From assembly GCA_905178155.1 (NCBI GenBank), contig CAJINV010000015.1, positions 758,955-822,954 on the forward strand: a stretch of 64,000 nucleotides of DNA, written 5' to 3'. This stretch comes from Amoebophrya sp. A120 (Eukaryota; Protista; Dinoflagellata). Positions 20,662 through 32,600 of the stretch are shown here, one piece after another (within the stretch, counting starts at the first letter, position 1; every line of letters starts with the position of its first letter). A program made the translations under genes and the position numbers. The notes beneath the pieces were generated by a model. It was not told the origin of the DNA. It did no database searches and saw only the letters and a program-made list of their open reading frames with translations.

Positions 20662-23600
20662 TCACACTGGCGCCACCGGCGGTATAGAATCGGCCCACTT
20701 CCACACGAGTTGTGTTCTTGACCCTTCATCATGAGTATCTTCTTCGCGGTGCCCCGGCATACTTCGTTGCGTTTCTTGTAGCAAGGTGGCAGAGGTAGTA
20801 GAAGACGACTTTGCCGCCAGGTCCTTCACGACCGCTGCTGCTCGCTCCTGCACATCATCATCATGCACTTTTTGCTGCTCCACCAAATTGAGAAAACTGT
20901 TGCTACTGTCTTCATCAGAAGTGTGGTGGTGATGATGATGCGAATGGTGATGTCCATGATGATGCCCATCATGACTATGCCGTCGTCCTTTGTGCAACAG
21001 GTTCTCCAACTTCTTCTCCTCTTTGATCTCCGCAATCACCGAGCCGGTTTCCGTCCCCGCACCGCCTCTTATGGCGTTCTCAACTGTTACATCCTCAACT
21101 GTTACATGGATTTGCAATGCAAGAACGGCAACAGTGAAAGAGGTGAGGGGACCTTGCGCGTCTTGCATGACAGATCTCCCACAGATTCTCAGCCTGTTTG
21201 GCACTTCGAGAATTTGCCATGCGACGTGGCTAGGTCGTCTCGATTCTGAAGGTAGCTTTGCATGACAAACGATGTAAACAGTTGAGAATGTAACATTTGA
21301 GAACGCCATACCTGTCAGCCAGGATTTCGACTTGCCGTAATCCGAGTGCTCGTGCTCCCTGTTGTAGAGAACTTGCCCAGGAGCAACGGACGAGCCAGCC
21401 GCGCTGCCAGTTTCTCCCCCGAGGGAGCCAGTCACACTTTCCTCCATCCCTAACAACGCGTAGAAGATGAAGCAAACCAACAACAGAGACACGATGTCCA
21501 TGACCACCTGAATCGTTGCAGACGCGTGCGCGGTATGCTCTGCAAAAGTATCGCACTCGGAGTAATTGCAGTTACGCATGACAAATTTCCTTTCTAAGGT
21601 AAAACAGCATGACAAATTTCATTTGTAATGCTAAAAAGTAGTTGTAATGCAAGTTATACTAGTACGATGCTTATGTTTTTGCATTGCATACGCGGGGTCG
21701 ATCTTCAGGTGCAGAAACAGCTGGGGGAGCAAAGCGCCGAGAACAGCGCCGACGAAAACGATGACGAACGCGGACAGAGACAAAACAAACGCAGTCGGCG
21801 GGTTCGGCCAGGAGAGCAAGTAGTCCTGCACCGTAAACCGCATGACCGCGACCAGCATGACACAAAGCGCCAGGCTATCCTGAGCAAAAACGTTTCCACC
21901 ACATAAACGTCGAGATGGGAAATCTGCTAGACAAATCAGCCAACTTTGGTTGTTGCGCATGACAAGTTTGGCCTCGTATTGTAATCCTGGTTAGCTTGTT
22001 CAGCAGTATCACAGATCCAGCCTGTGATGCTGATTGGAGCATTAGAAATTCCAGATCTTCACGACTAGACCTAGAGCATACTTGTCATGGGGTTCCGCAT
22101 GAGACACATTTTGAGCATGCAGATTTGCATGACAACTATGGGGGAGGAACGTTTTTCCTCAGGATACAGGCCAACCGCGGTCTTTGCCAAATCCCAGTTC
22201 CGGATCTTTTTCCCCGTCGCCAGCCGTCGGACCACGTACACGACAGATTGACCGCCTGCATTCCCGCCCGCGCCGACCAACATGGTGCTAAAATACACAA
22301 TCGACGGGTGCTTTTGGAGCAGGGTAGAGAAGTTGGAAAGGATGAAACTCCCTGAGGATTGGAACAACAGCAAGCCGATCAACCAGGAAACGCGGTAGGT
22401 AAAGGAGAACTGCTCGATCTCCTGGTATTTCTGCTTGGGGGAAGCTCCGTCTGTATTTTTGTTGTAGTTGTCTTCCACTTCTAATTCGCTGCTCCGCATT
22501 TCGATTCGGTTGGATTCTGCAATGTTTCCGTAGATCGGTTTATCAGAATTTTTACTGCCGCGGCCGCTTGTTCTGCTGCTCAATACGTGATCCTCGCCGT
22601 CCTGTCGTTCGGGACCCACTGCTTCTCCCTCGGGTTGATGCAGTCCTCGCGAAGATGCAGAGGGGTGCTGTTGCTGTGCCTGCGCCCCTGCTTTCGACGT
22701 CAGTTTCGATGTACCAGCACTATGCTGATTCCGCAAGCTGGTGGGAAAGACTTCCGGTTTACTCTCCTCCGAACGTCCGGAGCCGGACTCGTGTTGGGAA
22801 AGATCTGCAACCGAAGCTGCAGCAGACAAAATATCAGCTTTCTGTTTATTTTCTTCCTCGGAGATTTTCAATGCGGTTTCTAATTTCAAAATTCGCGTTT
22901 ATGAATTGCAAAAGCATCGCACTCGTACTAATTGCAAACATGCATCACAAATCTTCATCCTAAGGTACAACAGCATGACAAATTCCATTCCCAATGCTGA
23001 GGGAATTTGTGATGCAACTTATTCTAGTACGGTGCTTTTGCAATGCATATCGTTCTCAATTCCGCGATTTCCTCCTCCTGCGCGTGCACGATCTTCCGTG
23101 TGGAATTGTCAACGTCTACTTTTTCATTTGCGTTAGAAGTGCGGAAGGAGCCTAGTAAACCGCCGGTGGTGGAGGAGTTTTGCAGGTTGATGCGAGCTAT
23201 GCATTGCAAAAGTATCACACTAGTAGAAAGCGCATCACAAATTTGGTCAGCGTGACTACAAATGGAATTTGTAATGCTGATTTGCCTTTAGCAGAGAGAT
23301 TTGTAATGCACCATGGCACGATACTTTTGCAGTTCATACGACCGTCTTCATAAGAGCTCGAATTCGGATCGTATTCTTTGTTCTCAATCACCGAATGTCC
23401 GGGGTGTTGCTGCTGATGCAAAACAAGCTGTTCCTGTTGACTACGGTCGTTGTTCTTCTCACCTGTTGGTGGAGATGGACTAAATGCCTCCCCTTCTCCT
23501 GGTCGTGGTGGAAAAACAGCATCTTCACCTCCACCTTCCGGCGTCGTCGCGAGAACACGACCATCAGCACCACCACTTCTGTGGTAGACCTCGTCCAACG

Positions 23601-23871
23601 GCAACGCCGCGGCTTTATTCTCGCCGCCACTGTGGTATTCCAGGTCGCGCTGGGTCGCAACGGGGGACTGGAAAGAATCCGCAGTGAGAGCGGCGTTTTT
23701 TTGGAGGTGCAGCTGCTCGCCGTTCTTGTTATCGCTATCCGCGATGTAGTCAGGGGAAAACGACGAATCTTCCAATACATCGTTTTCATCAATCGGCGTC
23801 GGCGAGGCGGACTTCGGCTTATCCAGATACGAAGCCGGAAACCGGTCGGAAGTGAGGGGAGTGGGGAGCAT
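20662..23871 (-). CDS. MgtE-family Mg2+/divalent cation transporter (membrane domain, His-rich tail)
   Basis: RVSWLIGLLLFQ, MLVGAGGNAGGQS, LGALLP...IDPAHASATIQVVMDIV: MgtE membrane-domain motifs. Five introners; their removal keeps the frame. Confidence 0.82.
21070..21310. mobile_element. Introner family H (MgtE intron)
   Basis: TIR TATGGCGTTCTCAA.TGTTACAT.CTCAACTGTT; DR cctct/cctgt. Confidence 0.88.
21534..21690. mobile_element. Introner family A (MgtE intron)
   Basis: Family A TIR; DR cgcgg; removal gives DPAHAS. Confidence 0.88.
21876..22166. mobile_element. Introner family E (MgtE intron)
   Basis: TATCCTGAG.AAAAACGTT TIR; DR caggc. Confidence 0.88.
22900..23049. mobile_element. Introner family A (MgtE intron)
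   Basis: Family A TIR; DR gcgtt/tcgtt. Confidence 0.86.
23198..23338. mobile_element. Introner family A (MgtE intron)
   Basis: Family A TIR; DR cgagc/cgacc. Confidence 0.86.
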
Positions 23872-25776
23872 CTTATATATTTTCTCAACGTTTCTTCATT
23901 CAACTACAACTTTATACTCTCTGGGAGAACTCGTCTCGTCTAGTACTTCGCACTCTCTTCTGAAGCTGCTTCGGAAGCTAAAGCAGAAACATTTCGAGGA
24001 ACTCTACTCAAGTAATTCATTATGAAATTCAACGAAAAAAATGAAGAATCGCGTTGCAGAAAGAAGAAAGAACTCTTGTGGTAGTTTTTAACCTTTTTAA
24101 GTGCTGTTATCACTTACAGGATGAGAGTTTGCTTTACTCGTCGTCTTGTTCTCTCAAACGGTGAAAGAAAATATCAGCATTTGACTTCGTTCTTTAAGTT
24201 GAAGAGATGTGAGTGTCGTTGTGGAAATGCTTTCGCAAATGCAAATATTTTCTCGACGTCGCATGGTTTGCAGAGAGCCGCTCTGTCCGCCAGATTGCAC
24301 CCCAAAAGCCTTTCATTTTCTCACCACACCTCTCGTCAATACTAGAGTTGATGAACTACTACAAGATCGCACCTCATGCTCTCTGGCACCGCTTTTTGAT
24401 GCTGTCTTGCTTGTTCTTTCACGACATCTCTTAGTGCTACATGAGGAGAAAGCGCCACAACTGAACGCAGGATGAAGAAGAACAAAGAAAACAACGTCAA
24501 TAGTTTCTCGGTCTCATGGTACGGCACGAGCCCTAACATGGTCTTCACTTGCCGAGAACACCGTCAAAAACTGAAGGACGAGTGGCGAGCTTGTCTTATT
24601 CCTAACAGGTGTAGTCGACGTGCTGTTTTAGTTTTTCGCTTCAAGGGACATCAAGTGCTAGCTGGGGAGCAAAGCAATAAAAACAGTAGATGTGAAGCAA
24701 GAGGTGTTCATCCGGGAGGTGTGGATATAAAAAGCGCAGGCTATTTTTTGGTCATCTGCATTAATAGGCGCGTGCGCTTATTGGTACTTACACAACAACT
24801 CATGGCCGTCGTACTAGTCTTTATGTGTTTTCCGTTGTATTTGGCCTTATCATGATCAATGTAGTTTTGCTTTTTGTTCTGGGTCCGACCTTCAGAGCTG
24901 CTTTGAGAAGTACCTCGCGCCCCAATGCTGTAGTTGTTGTTAGTCTCTGCATGCTTGTAGTTGTTACCTTTACCAGACGTGGTAGACTAGTTCGAAAACC
25001 GTTTTACGATTTTCCACGTCCTCGCGAAAGCAAAGGATTTTTGGCCAATATTTTCTTTTTTCAAAATTCTAAATCATTATCATTTTGCGTGGCAGACTCG
25101 TTCTATTTTTCTTGTCGAAGTAGAAGTTATCTGCGCCTTCGGTCGTCGTTTCTTGCCGTGGCTTTGTATTGAGTTAGAGAGGTCGTGCGTGATTTTTTAC
25201 AACTTCACGCACATCTTCATCTTCTTAGGTTGTCGCTGTGTAGTTGGTCGTTCTTGCAACAATAGTCGCAACAAGGCGGGACAAAAAAATGATTCGCTTC
25301 ATATAACAAAATTTTCGTTTCTGTTTCGCAAATAGTTGTTTTTCTTCGAGGAAGTTTTTTTTTCAGAACCTTGTTTGTTTGTTTGTGTTCATGCGTGAAG
25401 GTGGGAACGCGTTTACACACCTTCAGGGAAGGTGGTCTTTTATCAATGGCCAGAACATCATCTGCGTCATAGGAGACATGATATTTTCTAGGAACGTTGG
25501 ATAGAACTCCCTGCCGCCTGCAAGGTGCTTTCCTAGAAAGCACTTGTATACATTTGAAGACTACACTACACAACAATTCGTAAATAACATAGAGTTCATA
25601 GAAGAAGATAGCACTATTGTTCTGGAAACAACGAAGAGCCCACCTGGTCTTGTAGTTCTAGTTTCCGATTATTCGGAAGAAATAAAATAGATGAAGCTAG
25701 TTCTTGGAAGGCTTTCATGCTGCTGCGGCTCGCCTCGCCGACTCAAAATCATGTCTACTATAATTCGTTGGTGTGC

Positions 25777-26083
25777 TATGGATGTGTCAGAGTTGAAATC
25801 GACAAAGTTGAAATAATTTGTCATGCATAAAATGGATGCCAGTTGGAACCCAGTTTCCAAGTGGCGCATGACAAATTTCGGCGGTCCCTAAATCCAGTTT
25901 GTCATGCTATTTAGGCAAAGAAGAGCGATTTTCTCATGCTACTTTAGCAGCTCGAGCTGTAACCCCAAACAGGCTTACAATCGGCCTCACTTGCCTGCTC
26001 TGCAACACACGTGCCTCGGGTCATGCATTTTATGCGTTACAGACTATTTCAACTTTGACGATTTCAAACCTGACACATCCATA
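25777..26083. mobile_element. Introner family C outside recognisable coding sequence
   Basis: Near-identical to 10154-10460; only a 3-bp DR (tgc). Confidence 0.88.
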
Positions 26084-26604
26084 TGCTTCAAAAGTTGGAA
26101 GGAGCAACCGCCCGTCACTTGATCAGGTCTTATTTCGCAAAAGAGAAGAAGAAATCGCCCTCATTGTCGAAATCCCAGTATGAAGTTTAGAATTTGCACA
26201 GTTTTTAGCATGGTTGTACAGCGTTTAGCTAGAATTTCCGGACAAAGTATTTGTTTCCTCACCCAACCACCACAGAATCTCCAGTGATTAGCTTTAAGAT
26301 TGTAGAAAGCATCCTATTTGTAGTCGTTCGTTCCAGTAGTGCCTGTTAAGTTTTCGATGCCAGCTACGGATAGCCGGAGCTCGAGTGTACGACATGACGT
26401 CAGTGTTAGTTATATAATTTCAATCGACCTCGATAATACAACAAAAGCTGCAAAAATTTGAAAATATCACATCTCATATTGGGAACCGGCTATTCGCGAC
26501 AATTTTATCGAGAGGTGGAGGTGCCCTGATACTGAAAAAAATTCACCCTCGAGTATCTGATGTTGGTGCTATTAGTCGGCCCGCCGCGTCGAAGCAAGCT
26601 TTTA

Positions 26605-29600
26605 CTAATTTGTAGTGCCGTGGTCATCTGCATCTGCTCGCGCTCCAATTATTTCCACCGACGTCGCTCCGTCTCGTCCAGCGTTTTTTCGTTTCTCGGG
26701 GCTGGGCGAAAAAAGCAGATCCAAATCGTCAGCAATGATGCAGGAGATGTTGGCGTCTCTGGTCGACGTCCTCGGCGATGTTGACCATGATTTCGCCGGG
26801 TCTTGCAGTTCCAAAGGGGCTGGTTTGCCGGAAGAGGTGAAAAAATGTCGGTCCTCGGGTAGTAGTTTTCCTGCTGGACGTCCACCAGAGTCCGGAGCTG
26901 CTGCAACTGGTGGACCACCAAAGATTTCGGTTAGGTCGTTCTGGAGTGGATGCTGGTGCTTCTCCTCTTGCCGCACTGACTTCGCTCTTGCTCTAGTGTC
27001 TGGTGGTCTAGTACGGCGAGATAAATCTTGCTGCAGATCTTCCGGAAATGCACGGTTTGTACCGTCGTCCGGCGAGAAAAGATCTTCTAGTAGAGGCGGA
27101 CTCTGAGTTATTCGCCCGCTCACTGCGGAGGAGGAAGAAGATCCGGAGGCCAACCTGCAATTCATAGTTTTTTTGATGTGGTTCTTACAGCATAAGCGAA
27201 TTGCAGAGAAACAAATCCGACCACTATTGAACAGCGGAGCAAACCACGAACAATGCGGAACAAGAACGCTGTCGCTGCCACTAGCTGCTGTGTGGCTGTG
27301 GTCCTCGATCCCTCATGAAAACAACAGAAAGTAGTACATGTACCTGTGCGCAGCCGCTTGTTCGCCTCCCCCGCTCTGCACCTCCACCCCGTCCTCGCCT
27401 TGCACTTGCTCACAGGGCGGTTGCTCTTTGTTTGGTGACCTGCGCCTGTTCCTTTCTACCTTGATCCATTTTCCTGTCTCCGGCCTCTTGACCCATTCAT
27501 ACTCCGTGTCCTCAGGTTCATCATCAGGGACCTCGAAGAGGACACTGTCAGGATCGCCGTCAGAGTCATAAAAATCGAGGTGGACGTCGTCTTCGCTACT
27601 GCTCAACATAGGACTTCTTCTACCTGCTCGTGTAGTAGCTCCATGACCTCCTTCTGCACCTCCTGCGACAGTTTGCAGGGTTTTGGTTTTCTCAGTCGCA
27701 GTGGGAGCCTTGTTCTCCTGGTCCTCCTCCTCGTCGCGCAAAACAAGTAGATCATGATCTCTGAAGATGTCCATCGCAGTAGTTCGTGCAGCATCGAGTT
27801 CATCCAGAAGATTCGAATTCGTCGAAGGTGGTTTGTTCTTGCCCAAGTTCAAAAGCGCTGCCGGAATCGTAGTTGGCGGACCAACGTCAAGCACGACATG
27901 CTTTGACTTGTTCTTCTCCTTCCGCTTCTTTTTCTTTATCTGTTTTTCCCGGTCTTTATCCTTTCTCCTTTCTGCCGCCTTCAACCGCTCTTGCCTCTCC
28001 TTCTCCCTTAATAACCTTTTCCTGGCCGCTTTCATCTCGTCCTTCTTCAACCTCCTCTTTTCGGCCCGGCGCTGCTTCCTAGAGAGTTTTTCTAACTTCT
28101 CCCGTTTCCGCTGTTCTCTCCGTTTCTTCTTCAGCGCTTTGAGGTCGTCTACTAGGTAGTTGCTTTTCGGGAATAGCGGGCTGGAGGAAAAGGAACAAGG
28201 AGCAGCAGCAGTGGCATTATCGCTTGTGACAATGGAATTACGGAAATCGTTTGCAAGAAGGTCGCTTCCGAGTTCGGTGAACAGCTGTCGGGACACGTCG
28301 GCCGGGGTTTCGAAGATATTATTTGATATCACTCCAGGAGCAGAGTCGTAGTTACAACTTTGAACAAGTTCGTCGAATCCACCATGGAGAGCACGCGAGC
28401 TAGCTCCTGTGACGGGCCTGGCGGTATCGGTGCTCGGAGATTCTTGGAGCAGCTGCTCGAGTTCGCGTCCCTGGTGTGGGTCCTGCACCTGCTTTTTTCC
28501 GATTTCCTTACCGTTATCATGACGTCGATCATGTTCCTTCCCCTTCTGGTGTAGTTGACCCCGCATGTCATCCAACCAACGCTTGTCGCCTTCCATCACC
28601 TCGGTATTCGAACTCGACAGCAAAATCGAATCGCTCCCCTGTCGCTTGACGTCCAACACGAGTTGCGCTGCGAAATCGTCGAGGTTGAGTTTTTCAACGA
28701 TTTTCCCCAGTCGGGCTCGGTGGAGGTTTTCTTGCTGTTCATCCTGAGAGGATGGGGAGGAGAGGCTCGTGCAAGCAGGGTCCAGTGGTCGTCCCAGAAA
28801 AACGTCGAGCAGGGAATGACTGGCGCATGTTTCTGAGCAACTGGGTGTGAGATGGACGACTTTCGGGTCTCCATCATGCGCAGACTTGTTCTCCATCCCA
28901 GCACCACACATCTCCTGAAAAACCTGCAGTGGCGTTTTCATGCTTGGCTCCAGCAGCGGGTGCGCAGACGGACCCCGATTGTGCTTGTGCTGCGTTGCTG
29001 GTGTGCCAGACTGGGTGTTGTTATGCTTACTGCCGAATGCAGAAAAGTTGTCGGAGTTCTCCGACAGAAATTTTCCGATGAACTCGGCAATGTCCGCTTG
29101 TTCTACTCGATCTACTTCTTTATGGTAATCAAAGCTCTTGGTGCTGGAGTTGTTAATGTTGTTGCCGTCATCATCTTCGTCTCCGGTTGATGACGACAGT
29201 CGTGCGCAAGTTGCGTCACCATCATGATCATCCCATTGTTCGCCTTCTGTCGCTGAGACCAGCAAAGTCTTCAGCTTCTTCTTCAGCAAAAGTTCCAGTC
29301 GTGCCATCTGCCGCTGATACTCCACCACCCTAGCGTCTTGCACCGAGCCGGTCAGCTGTTTTGATGTTGATGTTCTGATGGATGTATTAAGTTTTTAACG
29401 ACTTTAAATCATGGTGAAACATGAATGTATATGCAAATAAAGTGACGAGGAGCATCAACACCCTCAAAAGTAGTTGCTCACCACGCTGTGCTCAAAGCTG
29501 CACTGATTCCAGATCACAAATATATACTACCTGTTTTTCCCAGACAATGACCTGCTTTTTCAAACTTTCCTCCAAAGTCTGGTGGTCCTCACGAGAACCA

Positions 29601-32600
29601 CCTTCCGTTCGTTTCATATCCACAACCAACCCCTTCCCCAACCGTTTTTCCACATCGGCCTCGACGACGGATGCTAATTCCTTCAGCCTCTCTTCCGTGA
29701 AAAAGCTCAAAGCCAGTTTTGACAACGCGGTCCGGTGCGGCTGGGACATCTTTATGGTGTTCTCAAACGTTACACTCTCAACTGTTACATGAATCTGTAA
29801 TGCAAGAATGGCAAAAGCGAAAGGGGGAAGATTGCAAAAATTGCATTACAAATTCCGAGCAGATTTAGGTGATGTTTAGCCCTTCGCACATTTGTCATGC
29901 TAAGCAGCTTGATCTTGTGGATGATGATGGTAATTTTGCATGACAAATTCATGTAACAGTTGAGAATGTAACGTTTGAGAACTCCATAATCTTGAATTTG
30001 CTCGTGTACTCAGTGATCATTTTATCCAACTGGTTTAGCCCCGTGCTTGTGCGCGCTGCGGGTTTATTGTTCGCTCCTGCTTCTTCTCCGTTGGGATGAT
30101 TTTCTCCCCCTGCGGCACCGGTCGTAGCTGGCACTGCCGCGTCTGTTTTCTTCTTGTGTGTTCCGCCACCTGCCGGATCGACGATCGCTCCTGCACCGCC
30201 CGGAGGTGCATTTTTGTCAGCTGCCGCCTCAGCCGAAGCTGCCGCTGCCTCCCTCGATTTGCTGCTGTCCTCCTTGTCCTTTTCCTCTTCATCGGCCCCG
30301 TTTTTCTTCTTGTTCCCCGCGATCTTTGCCACGGTCGCAGCAGTAGCACCTCCACCTCCTCCCACAGCGCCGCCGGGGGTCGTGCTAGCACCTGCTTTAT
30401 TCCCTGCATCCGCACCACCTTTCGCAGCAGCCGCTGCTGCCGCCGCGGCTCCTTGTCGAGCCAGGATCTTGTCTAAAGGCATGCCGGCCTCGCGGTCCAT
30501 GTCGTCAACGAGTAGCAGCGCTTTGTTGACTTCCTTCGCCCGGGTTCTGAGCATCATATTGATCCGGTTTTTTCTGCTCTGCAAGAGTGCGCGCTTTTCT
30601 TCTTCGAGTGCGTCGAATTGCTTGAGAAGATGAGAAGCGCCAGCTCCATCCTCTTCCCGGTCTTTGTCGTTTTCGTGCGAAGCGACGGAATCCTGCCTTT
30701 CTCCGGTAGTTGTATCGAGCTCGCTTTTCATCTCGACAGATGAGTCTTGTTCGCCAGCAACAAGACCCAAACTTGCGACGTCTCCACCGGGGCGCGTGAT
30801 TGTGATATCCGAATTCTCGTCAACAAGTAGAGATCGTGCACCTACTTCCTCAAGCCCTTTCTTGCGGTTTTCGTGTTGTACTTCCTTCTTGCCTTTATTG
30901 CCATTCGCATTCTTCCGTGTCTGCTTTCGCTTCTTGATGGCCGCTGCGGATTTCCTTCTCGCCGCGACAGAAGTAGGCGAGTCGGAACTTGGTGCTAGCG
31001 ATGAAGTGGATTCTCCATCGCTAGAAGAGTCTTCATCTCCGCCGGAGCTGCTCGCGGCCTGCTCGGATTTCTCCGCATCACTGCCAGTTTGACCGTCAGC
31101 CCGCTCTGAACTGCGTGCCGCGACAACCGCCACTGCACCGCTGGATTCCTTATCGCTCTCGTGGTCTTCTGTTGGAGATTTATTCTCCTTCGAGCTGGGG
31201 TCTTCACCGTCATCTTCTTCTCCCGCCGCGTCGTCCCCCTGCTGTTCCTTGCGCTTCTGTTGTTTCCCAGCCTCTTTTTGGTCTTCTTCAGCCTCCTCGT
31301 CAAAATCAGCCAAAGCCCTCCGGTCAAACTCCCGATAGATCACTCCCTCGGGGAAAAACGGCTCCCACTCCTGCCAGAAATCGTCTGGGATGCGCAGATG
31401 GTCGTACAAGCGAGGTCTTTGGTTGAACTTCGTGTTCACGTTCGGTATCAGCGAGCAACTCTGCACAATATCAAAATGCGCATCGTGGTTGCAGATCACA
31501 TCTTCATCGAAACACGGAGTTGCCTTGTCCAACACCCGATTTATTTTGAACGCGCGCCAATAAGGCATTTGCTTTTCGTGTTTCTGCTGCGTGTACAAAC
31601 AGTCCTTCGCTTCGTGCACGTGCGAGCCGCAATTCAAACACGGTTTCGATAACGGCAGTAACTCCCGGGAGAAACGGATCGGATGGCGGTATTGGAACGG
31701 TGTGGTTAAAATGTCGGATAAGCAAAGCTCTTTGGGGTTGTTGGTAAATGCCGGCATCTCTTTGATGGAAATCTCGTCCATGTTTTGCTTCAGAATAACC
31801 CGCTTTTCTCTGATTTCCTTGATGCTCTTCAACAAATTTCGCTCGATAATCGCCGCTTCGTCGTAGCGAGATTGCTTCGCCTTCCTTGGCTTCGGGACGA
31901 TGAGGAGAGATTTTGTGTATTTCAAGATTTTCATCGGGCGGGGGGTCTTCGGGGAGTCAACGTGCTGCTGTTTCCCGGCGGCGTCAATTTTTCCATCTTG
32001 CGAGCTGCTCGCAACGCCAGCTGGCTGTTTTTCTTTCTGCTGGATAACCACAGTGCAAGATGAAGCTGGACCCACGTCTTTCAGAGCAAGGGCAGGTTTG
32101 CTTAGCAGACTTCCATCAGGGCGACGATGATGATTCGTCAATTGAATGCTCGGCTCCTTCTCCTCAGGCGGGTCTGGATCTTTGAAAATCATCCGATGTT
32201 CCGCGTAAAGCTTCTCGAGCTGCAAGACAAGTTCGCTTTTATCCCCTGAAAATAAACCATCCCCATCCACTTTTTGCATGACAAACGCAGAACTTGCTAC
32301 ATGTTTTGCATGACAAACTGGATGGGGATGGTTAATTTTCAGGGGATAGCTTTCCTCCCGATCGAATTTTCGCTTCATCCGGCACAGCTCGTAGTCGATG
32401 TTGAAGCTTCCACATTCAACATGTACTTGGAGTAATTTGTCATGCTCGTCCTGCTTTCCAGCCTCGGGTTGTGTTGCTGAGCTTGCATTCTCGATAAAGA
32501 TCGTTTCGACACCTGCGCTTCCTGGGGCGAAGGAAACTTTCCTCGCATTCGAATTCGCTTTCTCTGCGAGGGCAGCGGCTGAAAATGATGTTGGCCCGTT

